Below the pieces are notes generated by a model, which saw nothing but the letters and a program-made list of their open reading frames with translations, made no database searches and was not told the origin of the DNA. This document shows, piece after piece, positions 38,560 through 50,201 of a stretch of DNA of 64,000 bases; within the stretch, counting starts at the first letter, position 1, and each line of letters begins with the position of its first letter. This DNA comes from Lama glama (lineage: Eukaryota), in assembly GCA_028534125.1 (NCBI GenBank), contig CM052817.1, positions 86,988,001-87,052,000 of the forward strand. The letters run 5' to 3'. Position numbers and translations under genes: made by a program.

Positions 38560-40060
38560 CGTTACTATTAAGGTCATAATGTTTTCCAGTTTCCACTGTG
38601 ATTTCTTTTTGACCTAGTGTTACTTAGAAGTTTATATTCTATTCTGTTATATAGAAATTACGTTTGAATATTTCCAGTTAAATTTTATTATGGCTTGCTA
38701 GTTAATTGCACCAAAGTAAAATTTGAATTGTTTTACATTTTACATTCCTTGGAAGTTCCTTTTTTTGTGTAAACCTATGGTCAACTTTTAGTTTTTTAGT
38801 GCACACTTGTAAACAATATATAATCTACAGTTGTTAGTTGTTTCCTGTATATATTGGTTTACTCAAATTTGTTAAACATGGTTTCAAGGTTTTATACACT
38901 TTCTTATTTTTAGTCTTTTTCTGTAGATTCCTATGTGATAGCTGTGTTAAAATCTACCACTATGATTATGACTTCATTTTCACTTTTAGTTTTGGCAATA
39001 CTGCTTTATATTTTTTGTGAACATATTATTATGTTACAGATGTGTAATCATTATACATTCCAAATGAACGGAACTTTTTGCATTATACTTTAGCGCTCTT
39101 CAGAAATATTTGTTTTAAAATCAGCACTATCTGATATAAGAGAACAGTGAGTTTCCTTTCGGTTAGTGTTTGAAGCCATTCCAGTTCTTCCTTTTACAAT
39201 CAAACTATCTGAATTCTTCTATTTGTAAATGGAAATTGTAAGCGTAAGCTGATTCGATTATGTTTTAATCTACTCTAACACTCTATATCTTACAATTGAA
39301 TTAAGTCCCTTTCCTTTTAATGCAGTTAGTCTCATCCTTTTCTAAGTTTACTGTCTTACTATTTGCTTTCTGTTTCTTCCCCATATTCTATTATTGTCTC
39401 TCTCCTTTCATACATTATTTCTGATGATTGAGTTATTTTCCCCCTTTTTTTAGCCTAGTAGTTATACCCCTTTCACTCTTCTTTAGTGACTGCACTAGTG
39501 ATAAACACAGGAATCCTTACTGTCAATATCTCAGCTACATGCACTTTGCCCCTTCACACTAAGCAAGGGGTTATCAAGACACACCTTACAATCTAGGGTT
39601 AACAGATATTAATGGATGTCTGTCCATATGTTTACCTTTCTCTTCCATCTCTATTCCTTTAGTCTTAGAATTTTTACTTGGAAGTATTTCCCTTGCCTAA
39701 AGTATAGGGTGAAACATTTCCTGAGCTATTTCTTATGAAAATTTATTCCGTCATTTTTTTGAAGTATGTTGAAGTTGGGATAGAATTCTAGCTTAGCAGT
39801 CATTTATAAAAAATCATTGAAGATAACCTAGTATTGATTTTTGATGTCCACTGTTGAAATTGAGGCCAGCTCTAAGCCTAGCTGTTGCTCCTCTGAGTAT
39901 AATCTGTCCACTTCCCTGGCTATTTTTCAGACATTTGCTTTATCTTTGGTTTTTAGCTATTTTACCTAAATATACTGAGGAGTAGCTACCTTTATTTTTT
40001 GCTTAAGGGTTAATGAGAATACTGAGTATTCCCTACTTCTAATGATTAACATTAATTTTT
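38560..40060 (-). mobile_element. Very old L1/HAL1-like fragment(s)
   Basis: T-rich, with reverse L1-like motifs ('gtgttaaaatctaccactatgattatg', 'tagaattctagcttagcag', 'ctgttgctcctctgagtataatctgtc'). Confidence 0.55.
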
Positions 40061-40837
40061 TTTAAATTTTGCCAAATGCATTCACATTATTATAATAAAA
40101 ATAATTATAAAGCAAAAAGTAAATAATTAGAAGTCCAAAATTTTATTCTTCTTTTCAAATAATTCTCCTTCAGAGAAGTAATCGTGGTTATCAATTTGGT
40201 ATTTACACTTCCAGGAAATTTTCTGTTATTTCGTGTCTGTATGTGAGTGTGTGTGCATGTATGTATATATGTGTGTGTACTTGAATTATTGATGTGTTGG
40301 AGAGACTTATACATAATGCATCTTAGTTTTCTCATTGTTATTTATGTTCTAAATATTTTTTCATACTCTGACATTTTTAATTTAACTTTTTTATTTAGTC
40401 TTGTGATAGAAGGCTTAAATAGTTAATTCAATTAAGTACATTAATGTATTTCCAATTATGGGCCTTGGTTTGATGCTTTTCCTAGGAAAACATCCTGACA
40501 TAAAGATTATAAAAATATTCCCTATAATTATTTAAAAAATTTATATGATATGATTTCCACTTTACTTTTATAAAAGAAAAATTTTAGAATTTACTTTTGT
40601 GTGCTTTATGAATTTGTTTCCCCAAATTAAATAGACCACTTAGTTTTTGGATAGTAGAGTGCTTTTCACTGATCTAAATTATCCTCAAAAATTAAATATT
40701 TAAAATTTATAAACTTGCTATGATGATTCACATGACTGTTTCAGTACAAATAGTGTGATTTGAATCCCTATCACTGGACATAATAATTTCAAGTTTCATA
40801 TGTGGCAGAATAAGTTCTCCTTCATAGTTTGTATTTA

Positions 40838-42211
40838 TTTATTTAGCATATATATATTTTTATTGAATTATAGTCAGTTTACAATGTTGTGTCAATTTCT
40901 GTTGTATAGCTTAATGCTTCAGTCATACATGAGCATACATATATTTGTTTTCATATTCTTTTTCATTCCAGGTACTACAAGATATTGAATATAGTTCCCT
41001 GTGCTATACAGTATGAACTTGTTATTTATCTATTTTATATAAGTAGTTAGTATCTGCAAATCTTGAATTCCCAATTTATTCCTTCCCATCCCCTTCCCCT
41101 GTTGGTAACCATAAGTTTGTTTTCTATGTCTGTGAGTCTGTTTCTGTTTTGTAAATAAATTTGTTTCTTTTTTTGTAGATTTCACATATAAGTGATATCA
41201 TATGGTATTTTTCTTTCTCTTTCTGGCTTACGTCACTTAGAATGGCATTCTCCAGGTCCACCCATGTTGCTGCAAATGGCATTATTTCATTCTATTTTAT
41301 GGCTGAGTAGTATTCCATTGTATAAATATACCATGACTTCTTTATCCAGATCTGTTGATGGACATTTAGTTTGTTTCCATGTCTTGGCTACTGTAAATAG
41401 TGCTTCTATGAATATTGGGGTGCATGTATCTTTTTGAATTAAAGTTCCCTCTGGAGATACACCCAGGAGTGGGATGTCTGGATCATGTGGTAAATCTATT
41501 TTTAGTCTTTTGAGGAATCTCCATACTGTTTTCCATGACGGCTGTACCAAACTACATTCCCACCAACAGTGTAGGAGGATTCCCTTTTCTCCACACTCTC
41601 TCCAGCATTTATTGTTTGTGAACTCCTGAATGATGGCCATTCTGACTGGTGTGAGGTGATACCTCACTGTAGTTTTGATTTACATTTCTCTGATAATTAG
41701 CAATATTGAGCATTTTTTCCTCTGCCTATTGGCCATTTGTATGTTTTCACTGAAGATTGCTTGTTTAGGTCTTCTGACTGTTTTTGGATTAGGTTGTTTT
41801 TTTCTTATTAAGTTGTATGAGCTGCTTATGTATTCTGGAAATTTCGCCTTTGTCAGTCTTATCTTTTGTAAATATTTTCTCCCATTCTGTAGGTTGCCTT
41901 TTTGTTTTGTTTATGGTTTCTTTTGCTGTGCAAAAGCTTATAAGTTGAATTAGGTCCCATTTGTTTATTTTTGCTTTTATTTTTATTGCCTGGGTAGACT
42001 GCTTTAGGAGAACAACGCTAAGATTTATGTCAGATAATGTTTTGCCTATGTTCTTCTAAGAGGTTTATAATGTCTTGTCTTATGTTTAAGTCTTTAAGCC
42101 ATTTGGACTTTATTTTTGTCTATAGTGTGACAGAATATTCTAACTTCACTGATTTATATGCAGCTGGACAGTTATCCCAACACTACTGGCTGAAGAGACT
42201 GTCTTTACTCT
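40838..42211 (-). mobile_element. Lineage-specific 5'-truncated L1 (~1.37 kb: ORF2 3' end plus 3' UTR)
   Basis: TSD atagtttgtattta (40824-40837) / atagcttgtattta (42212-42225); classic L1 text such as 'ggccattctgactggtgtgaggtgatacctca'. Confidence 0.95.
41287..41667 (-). pseudogene. LINE-1 ORF2p C-terminal (cysteine-rich) fragment, non-functional
   Basis: Translation [13 protein letters not shown]...[34 protein letters not shown]...KQTKCPS matches the well-known L1 ORF2p C-terminus. It goes out of frame near the end, and the element is 5'-truncated. Confidence 0.93.
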
Positions 42212-45200
42212 ATAGCTTGTATTTAAATTTGGAGAGATGTTTTTTTTTTTATGATGTATTACCTCATTTTATCTCTTCCTACTAAAAAACTCTGTTTAGT
42301 TTGCTTTGCATTGATAAGTAAATAAATAAATTTAGTCTATAACTAAAATACTTAAAATATTTAAAATTCACATTCTGAAGTTTAGTATCATCTCTCTCTA
42401 CAGTCAATTCTTGGTACGTATTCTTTATAAAGTTTTATATTCTTGTATGTGGTTCTGCAAGTTACTTGTTAAGGTTAATCCTGAATTTTTTTATAGTTAT
42501 CATTGCTCTTGTGAATGTGTTCTTTTATTCCCCATTATATTATCTGTTGTGTATTATATTTACATATGGGAGAGCTAAAGCATTTTTGTGTATTCACCTA
42601 TAATATTTTGTTAATGAATTCTGTTTTTAGATTTTTGATCTTCTTAGTAGTTTATTTGATTGATCTTTCCATAGAAAGAGATTTGTATGTTATTGATCAA
42701 ATCAATGGTCATTTAGTCATGATTTTCATTAATTTTCCTTCTATCTTCATTAATGCCATTCTTCTGTGTTTTTAATGAATTTTTGTCTATAAATGTACTG
42801 AGCTGAATATTTATTTCCTGTCTTTCTTATTTTTAATGAATGTGCTTAAGGGTACATGTTTTCCTCTGGTAAATGTGTTAATAAATTATATATTTCCTGG
42901 GTGTCTTTGTACAAACATTATGCTAAGCACTTTCAATTCTTACATAAGGTGAAGTAAATTAAACAAGGTCACACTTTTAGGAAGAACAGATATGGGATTC
43001 AAGCTCACACCTGGCCCGATGTGGTGCAAGAGTATTAGACCATGTGGCTTCCCACACACTCTGAGAAAATAATTAGTGGTAGCCATCAGTGTTGATTTCC
43101 TTTTAATTTAAGAATTTCTTTTGGACAAGCATTTCAAATTATTTCCTGGTTATGGATTCATTTTTGTCAGCTCTTTTGATAAATTCAAAATATTATTGCA
43201 TTGTAATAAAAATGTAGCTGGAATGATTTCTATCTTTTGTAATATAGAAATATTTTATTTTGTCTAATTTTGTGAATTTTCTGTGGGTATTTAAATGTTA
43301 CATATTCCATATATGTACAAAGTTATAATTTTTATTTTGTATATATAAAGACAAAAGGAATCCTAATGGTGTAATCCATACCTTCTGTATCCTTACTTAT
43401 GTTCTATCTACATGACCTGTTCTTTCAAAGGCTATTAATTTCTTACACTAAAATCATAGATTTTCAATATTTATCATTTTTCAATTTGAAATCAAAAAAT
43501 AAAAATATTATTTTACTTCTAACAATTTTAACATATTTCAATACTTTGTTGTAATATGCTTAATAGATTATTACATCATCTTGGTTGATTGAACATTTTA
43601 TTAATATAAAAATCTCCCTTTATTCTGTATAGAACTCTTTGAATGGTGCTTTGCCTCTTTAAAATAACTATAATCAGATTTCTATTTGTAAATATATGCT
43701 CCATATATTGCTTTCCATTTAATATTTTTAATCTTTCTAAGTTGTTTTACTTTAGCTATGTGTCTAATTACTAGACTATAGTTGAATTTTTTAATGCAGT
43801 GTTACATTTGTTCATTTTATTAAGGATCCCATTTTTCTAATGGATCCCAGAAAACTCTATTGCAATGTGAATTAGTGAACCTCTATTATCCAACATCAAT
43901 TATAAAACGTCTCAAGATTTGCATATCAGTACAAAACATTTTATGCAATTATGCCTATTATATTGACTGGTAACATGTTTCATAAACAAATAAATAACAT
44001 GGCCAGAATCAGCTTTAAATTCTTGTTTCTTTAGAACATCACAAGCTATTTTCAGCATCAGGGTGAAAGCTGGGCACCAAGCTTTCCTCCTGAGGCTCAT
44101 TTTCAGTGCATATCGTGTTAGGCCAGGTTCTCAGAATCACATACCCCTAATCATGCATTTTGTTTTATGTGGTCTTAAGTGGCACGTTTATTCATAGAAG
44201 CCTGGATAAATAATATTACAACAGTGAAATATCTATAGTGTCCTCTACTCTTCCAAACTAAATTTTGATTAACCTTAGAATGTTTTCAAACATTGAAAAC
44301 ATGCAGAATTGCTCAGGAGTGTTTTTGTTTCTTTCTTTTCTTTTTTTGTTAATGGCTGTTAATGTCTTTGAAGTGTTTAGTGTTTCTCTCTTCCTTGGTC
44401 TGTGACATCTTCCGCAGAGCTGATGCTCAGGAAGGCTTATGTGCTCTTTGCCGAATAGCAGTCTGAATTTATGCCAGATCTCAAGAACACTGAAAATGTG
44501 TCTGCTAGCATCTCAAAACAGTAGGGAACAGAGATGTACTGAGTTATCGCATCCTTTCCATTATCTCTTGTCTTGGTAATGCTGATGATAGGAGCAGCTT
44601 TAAAATACTGTGGCATTTTATTTGGGGTTACAAAAATTAATTATCCAAAATGTGTATGTTCTTTGGAAAGTGACAGACGGGCTGGGTTTCACATATTAGG
44701 GAAAATGAAGATATTTAAGGTGGTGAAGCTTTGCCACGAATGTCATATTTGGCATACTTGAAATCTACTCAATGTAACCTATGGATTCTACTAAACTGTA
44801 AGTGTCAAGTCAAGAGAGCTAACAGCAATCATAGAACACCGTCATTCTGTTATCACCAGAGAGCTGTCTTTTTAAATACAGGATGGTGGGTGATGCTGTC
44901 CTAGTTGGGTGATATAAATGGTCCTTGTGAGCTACTACATTGTGACTAGAAAATAATCAAATGCTATGGAGACAGAATTGTTTTAAGAACTCCATGAAGC
45001 AGTCTCCATAAATTTGGTTCAGTTTTAATTGTCTGAAAAATGGCAACAGCTGAGCATGCTGTGCGGTTATGAGAAATCAGACCTTTATATTTGTTGTTGT
45101 TTCCATGTTTTTTTTTTTCCAGTGGTTGTTCTAGGCAATGCTTGTTGAAGAATGTCTGTTCAGCAAGCAGTTTAATAAACCCTCCTGACACTTCATAAGG

Positions 45201-47989
45201 TAGCAACGGTTGAAAAGTCAGTGGAAGAAAGGCTCCATAGTATGGTCATTCCACCACATGAAGATCGGAATTAAAACAGCTAAGCTAAGCGTTTGTTATA
45301 TGAGTTATGTGGCCGCATCTATGTGTTTCCACATATATACCTTGTATGCATAAAATCTTCCACCTATATTACAACGTAAAAGATTAAAAAACTAATGAAA
45401 AATGAAGTGTGCTCAGACCTAGCTTATTATTATTTTTTTTGTAAGTGGAATGAAATCTGGCTGTGCCACAATTTTGATGTCAAACTGCTTTTTCTTCCTA
45501 TTTACATTTTGCGAGCAGAAGAAGCTTCAGCTGGAAAATTGGCCCCTAATCACAACTTATTAAGCTTTTACTGATATTGCAATAGAAGTAATGGGTTTTT
45601 AATGAGCTTATCCATTTTAACATTTATATAACTTATTAACTTTTTTCTTTTCTACATTTTGTATTTTAACAAAAAGGTTGGATTTAATAATTTTCTTTAT
45701 GGAACTTTTGAATCCTCAGAATTCACTAATACCACAATTCAAGTTATCGTTGATACATTTACTAAGTTGAGGTAATAACTTAAGTGCTATTGTAGGGTTA
45801 GATGTACTATGAAGGACTATTCATGGTGAAAACTCGTGTCCCACCTGTGGCGTGGTACCTGCCTTACACAGATCTGGTGTAGGAGGGGTATCAACTTTCA
45901 TAGCCACAGAGGTAGGATTACTATCTTCAGGAAAGTAAATTTAAAATACTGCATGTTGCATGAATTTGACCTGGAATCCACTGTTAGCCTAATGAGTGGA
46001 TAAATTGTCAGGCTGAGAATGTCCAATGGGGCATTAGCATGGCACTCCAGACTGAAGAGGTGTTTGGACTGTGCTGGTCCTAGAGAAAGCAGTATGAGAA
46101 GTGGGGTTCAGCTCAGAGACATACGAGAAGTGGAGAGAGACGATGACTGACAAGAGGGTGGAAATGAGGGACAAGGCAAAGGCAGGCAAATGTCGTCTTT
46201 CTTATAATATAATTATTTCAGTGGATAACTTATTAAATTTAAACCATTTAGGAAGCTTTCGGTTATTAGTTTATCCATGTGATTTGGGAAAAAAATTATT
46301 GATCTTCCAGAATTATTTTAAAGAGGTCATAACTAAATAATAATGGGCATACTTGTAAATTAGTCTTCTTAATTGTCCATAAATTTCTGTTTTTCTTAAA
46401 AGAAATACTAGTCAGGAGACTAGTTTTATATGGATGTATAACTTTTATTTCTACTGTTTTATCATTTACATGACAACTATATACTTGTTGCCTTGGCGAA
46501 CAAAGATGTCAAATATTGCAAATGGTCAATGGAAAATACATTGAACTTTCGCTGACACATATAAATTACTCCATTTTCACAGTAGTGCTCCCTGGGAAAT
46601 AATTTTTTTTTAATTTTAAATTGACACCACAAACATTGAATTAGTTCCTTTCCTTTTCTCAAAGACCCTGCAAGAAATCCAATAATTTTAGCATGTCTAT
46701 TTGCAAAAGGTTGCAGGATATTATATCATTATACTATTTGCATCTTATATATTAAAGTGATACAGCAGACCTATGATCACATCAAGGATAAAAACAAAGG
46801 GACTTCAGAAGGATGTGTGTCTTCAATTCGAATGTTTCAAGTCTTTTATGCTCAGGGCAGACACATGTACAAAAGCACATATTCAATAATTATGCTATTA
46901 AAATACATTGAAAATTACAGGTAATGTTTAGAGGGTAATCCAAAATTTGCAAAATGCCATTCAAGGAAATTTGCAGTCCTTTTCCTAAACAGAACTATGT
47001 AACCTACTTTAATGAACTGGATGAAAATTTCTAATCACTTGTCATGTTATGGAATAAAAGCCTTTGTGTTAAGCCCCAGAGGGTGAGAGTGAACCAGTTT
47101 CATCAGAAGCCTGATTTTACAGGCCACTCTGTGATCCAGGTGCTAAAAGGCTCCGGAGCAGAAGGTGGTCAGGCACTGGGGCTCTTCTGTTCATTAGGCC
47201 TCTTACACCCTTTCTTGGCGGCTGCCCTGCAACAGTGTGAGTCATTAGCATGAGCCCGGAATTGTGTGAAGAGAGATCTATGCTTTTGTCTTGTGCAAAG
47301 TCTTTGCAGTACAATCAAATTTTCTACACGGTGTAATTTCACAGCTTGCGCCACAGTCACTGACAGCTCACAGCACTGTTGTTATTCAAGGCTAAGCAGA
47401 TGAGAGAGACATAAACGACTCATAGCATGCAGGAAGTTGTGTCTTCAAAGTAGCCTAATTGTGCGTCTCCATTTAGGGAATGATTCAGAACAAATGAAAA
47501 TTTCCTGACCACTGGAGACAAAAGCAATGCCAAGCGGATAGTTTATACCAAATTCTTCTAGGGTGGAAATTTCCTTAATAAAGTATCACAGAAGGAAAGG
47601 AAGTAGTGTGAATAATGCAAACGGATTAGAATATAAAATCAAATATCATACCCGGTAGTAAGCAAATAAATATAAATCTAAACAATAATAAATATAGCTT
47701 AACTCTACCTAAAATAAGGCAAAAAGAAAAGAATCTAAGATTTAGTGTCGATGAAAGTGTAGGAAATGGACAACCCTTGTATTTTAGATTAAGTGCAAAT
47801 GTCCCAATATATGTTTTTATTAAAAAAATGATACTGTCTTTTGGTTCACTGCCTCTACTTTAATTATCCAAAGGCAATAGGTAATAATAAAAGATGCACA
47901 TATATTTTTAACCCGATGTAATACTGTTTTAAAGTAGCAGTAAATATGTTGTGACTTAAAAATAAAAGTTTTAATATTCAAAGAACAGA

Positions 47990-48995
47990 ACTGACTTCTT
48001 TCCTTATGGAGTGAAGTTCTGTGAATGTCAGCACAGGCGTCACACCTGTAACCACCAACATAAACAGGACACAGAACAATTCCATCACCCCCGAAACTGC
48101 CTCATGCTGTCCTGTATATTCACTCGTCCCTCCTCCCTGAACCTCTGGCCACTACTGTGTTCTCCATCACCATAATTTTGTCTTTTCCAGAATGTCATAT
48201 AACTGAAGCATTGAGTAAGTAATCTTTTGAGACATGCTTCTTTCACTCAGCATAATGCCTGTGGAATTTGCCCAAGTTATTGTGGGTATCAAAAGTTTGT
48301 TCTTTTTCACTTGCTGAGTATTATTAAACTGTTTGGATATACCTCAGTTTGTTAATCGACTCACCTGTTGAAGGCCATTTGCACCATTTCCAGTTTTGCG
48401 CAATTATGAACAAAGCTGCTATAAACATTTTTGTTTGCGTTTTGTGTGTATGCAAGTTCTCACATCTGTAGAGCAGGTATTCTGAGATTCTTGAGTCATA
48501 AAGTAAGTGCAGGTGTAATTTTTAAGAAACTGCTGAACAATTTTCCAGAGTAGCCGTCCCTTTTTGTATTCCAACCAGCAGTGTATAAGAGATCCAGCCG
48601 CTTACATCGTGGCATTGTCAGAATGCTTTGTATTCAGAGGATCTAATAGGTGTGCAGGGGGAGTTCATTGTGTTTTTAATTTTCATTCGCCTGGTGGCTA
48701 ATGATGTTGAACATATTTTCATGGTCTCACTTGACATCCTGATCTCCTCTTGGTAATGTGTCTGTTCCTATCTTTTATGCATTGTTTGCTTGGTTTATTT
48801 GTTTTCTTATTGTTGCTTTTTAGAGAGCTTTGTATATTCTAGCTACTCAGATATGTGATTTGCAATTTTTTCCTCCCAGTATTTAGCTTGTCCCTTTTAT
48901 TTATTAGCAGTGTCTTTCCCAGAACAAAAGATTTTAATTCTGCTGAAGTCCAATTTATCATTTTTAGAGGACCATGTTTCTGGCACCAGGTATAG
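47990..48995 (-). mobile_element. Old L1M (L1MB/MC-like) 3' fragment
   Basis: 'acagaacaattccatcaccccc', 'cttctttcactcagcataatgcc', 'ttttaagaaactgctgaacaattttccagag', 'gctaatgatgttgaacatattttcatg'. Confidence 0.9.
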
Positions 48996-50168
48996 ATGTT
49001 TAATAAGAAATTTTATTGCATAATTTTATGAAGGATTGAAACAAACTCAAATACCTAGCAGAAAAGATTAGTTATATATAATATCCATATATATGATAAG
49101 ATCATATGCAGCCATTATAAACCACAATTTAGAATAGTATTTAAAAATACAGAAAGTACTTATCAGACAGTAAGTGATTACAAAAGTTATATATGATGTG
49201 TCCTCTTTTAAAATCATAAATAATTATATACATGTATGTATGTGTGTGCAAGTAGTATTTATTTGCGGAAAAATATGCTCTAAATATTAATGATTCTCTA
49301 AGTATTCGGTCTAACCACCTTACTATTTTTCTGAATTTACTTTTTTTTTTTACAAAGAAAATGTATTTGTTAAAATTAGCAAACAGAATTACTTTTACAG
49401 AAAATAAATATTTCATGAATCCATATTTGTCTATATGAAATCTGTACTTTAAAATGTATTTGAATGCAGAATCACTGTAGTCATTACAATTTTCAACTTC
49501 ATACTTTTTTTGACACATTTTAAATGTTCACTGTAGGTTAGATGCGGGTATCTTAGAATTATTTAAATGGAGAACAGACATGGTTTACCCAATTTTGTGT
49601 ATGATTAATATTTCTAATCTTCTTAGGATTGATATAGCACATAGTTTTAAAATTTACAGTGAGACATTTCCTGATCTTTCATATATACATTTTCCTGGAA
49701 GTATATTCTTACATGTGGAGCAAAATATATACTTGATGAAAACAAAATAACTGAAAAATTTTCAAATTTCAATTTTTCATTAGTAAACTAAGGATCATAT
49801 CACATTTTTACCTAATATACATTTTAACCATGTATTACTATTTATCCAGTCTCTCTTGAGGTTAGATAGTTTAGAAAGACACTTTTTAAAATATTGCAGA
49901 TAAACTGATAGAACTGAATGATGAAGTTATAACTAACAAATACCCTCTTATTCCTAAGCCTCTCATTACTTTTACGAAATGTATGAGACAATTAAAGTAA
50001 TTCTTTCTTCCCTAATGTTCTGCATTGATATTAGCAGTTGTTTAAATCCAAGTGCATTTATACTCTGTTTCTAAGGCAATGTGAGTTCCGAGCAGTCTCA
50101 GCCCCAGAAAAATAAGCATGTGTAACTATACCCTCTAATCTAAACTGTCGTCTGGGCTGCACCAATCA

Positions 50169-50201
50169 TGCAATTGTCATGGCAGCCACTAGGGGGAGAA
50201 G
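50169..50201 (+). promoter_or_regulatory. Candidate CTCF binding site (core plus upstream module)
   Basis: Core cagCCACTAGGGGGAGaag (50183-50201), with TGCAAT starting 17 bp upstream of CCAC. Confidence 0.55.

Larger units (their letters stand above)
40370..42850 (-). mobile_element. Old L1M ORF2 remnant interrupted by a younger L1
   Basis: Degenerate reverse L1 ORF2 sequence at about 40370-40823 resumes after 42225. Confidence 0.6.

Noticed and set aside
49141..49518. 125-aa ORF on the minus strand
   Set aside because: AT-rich F/Y/K/I-biased translation of low-complexity or old L1-like DNA; no recognisable domain.
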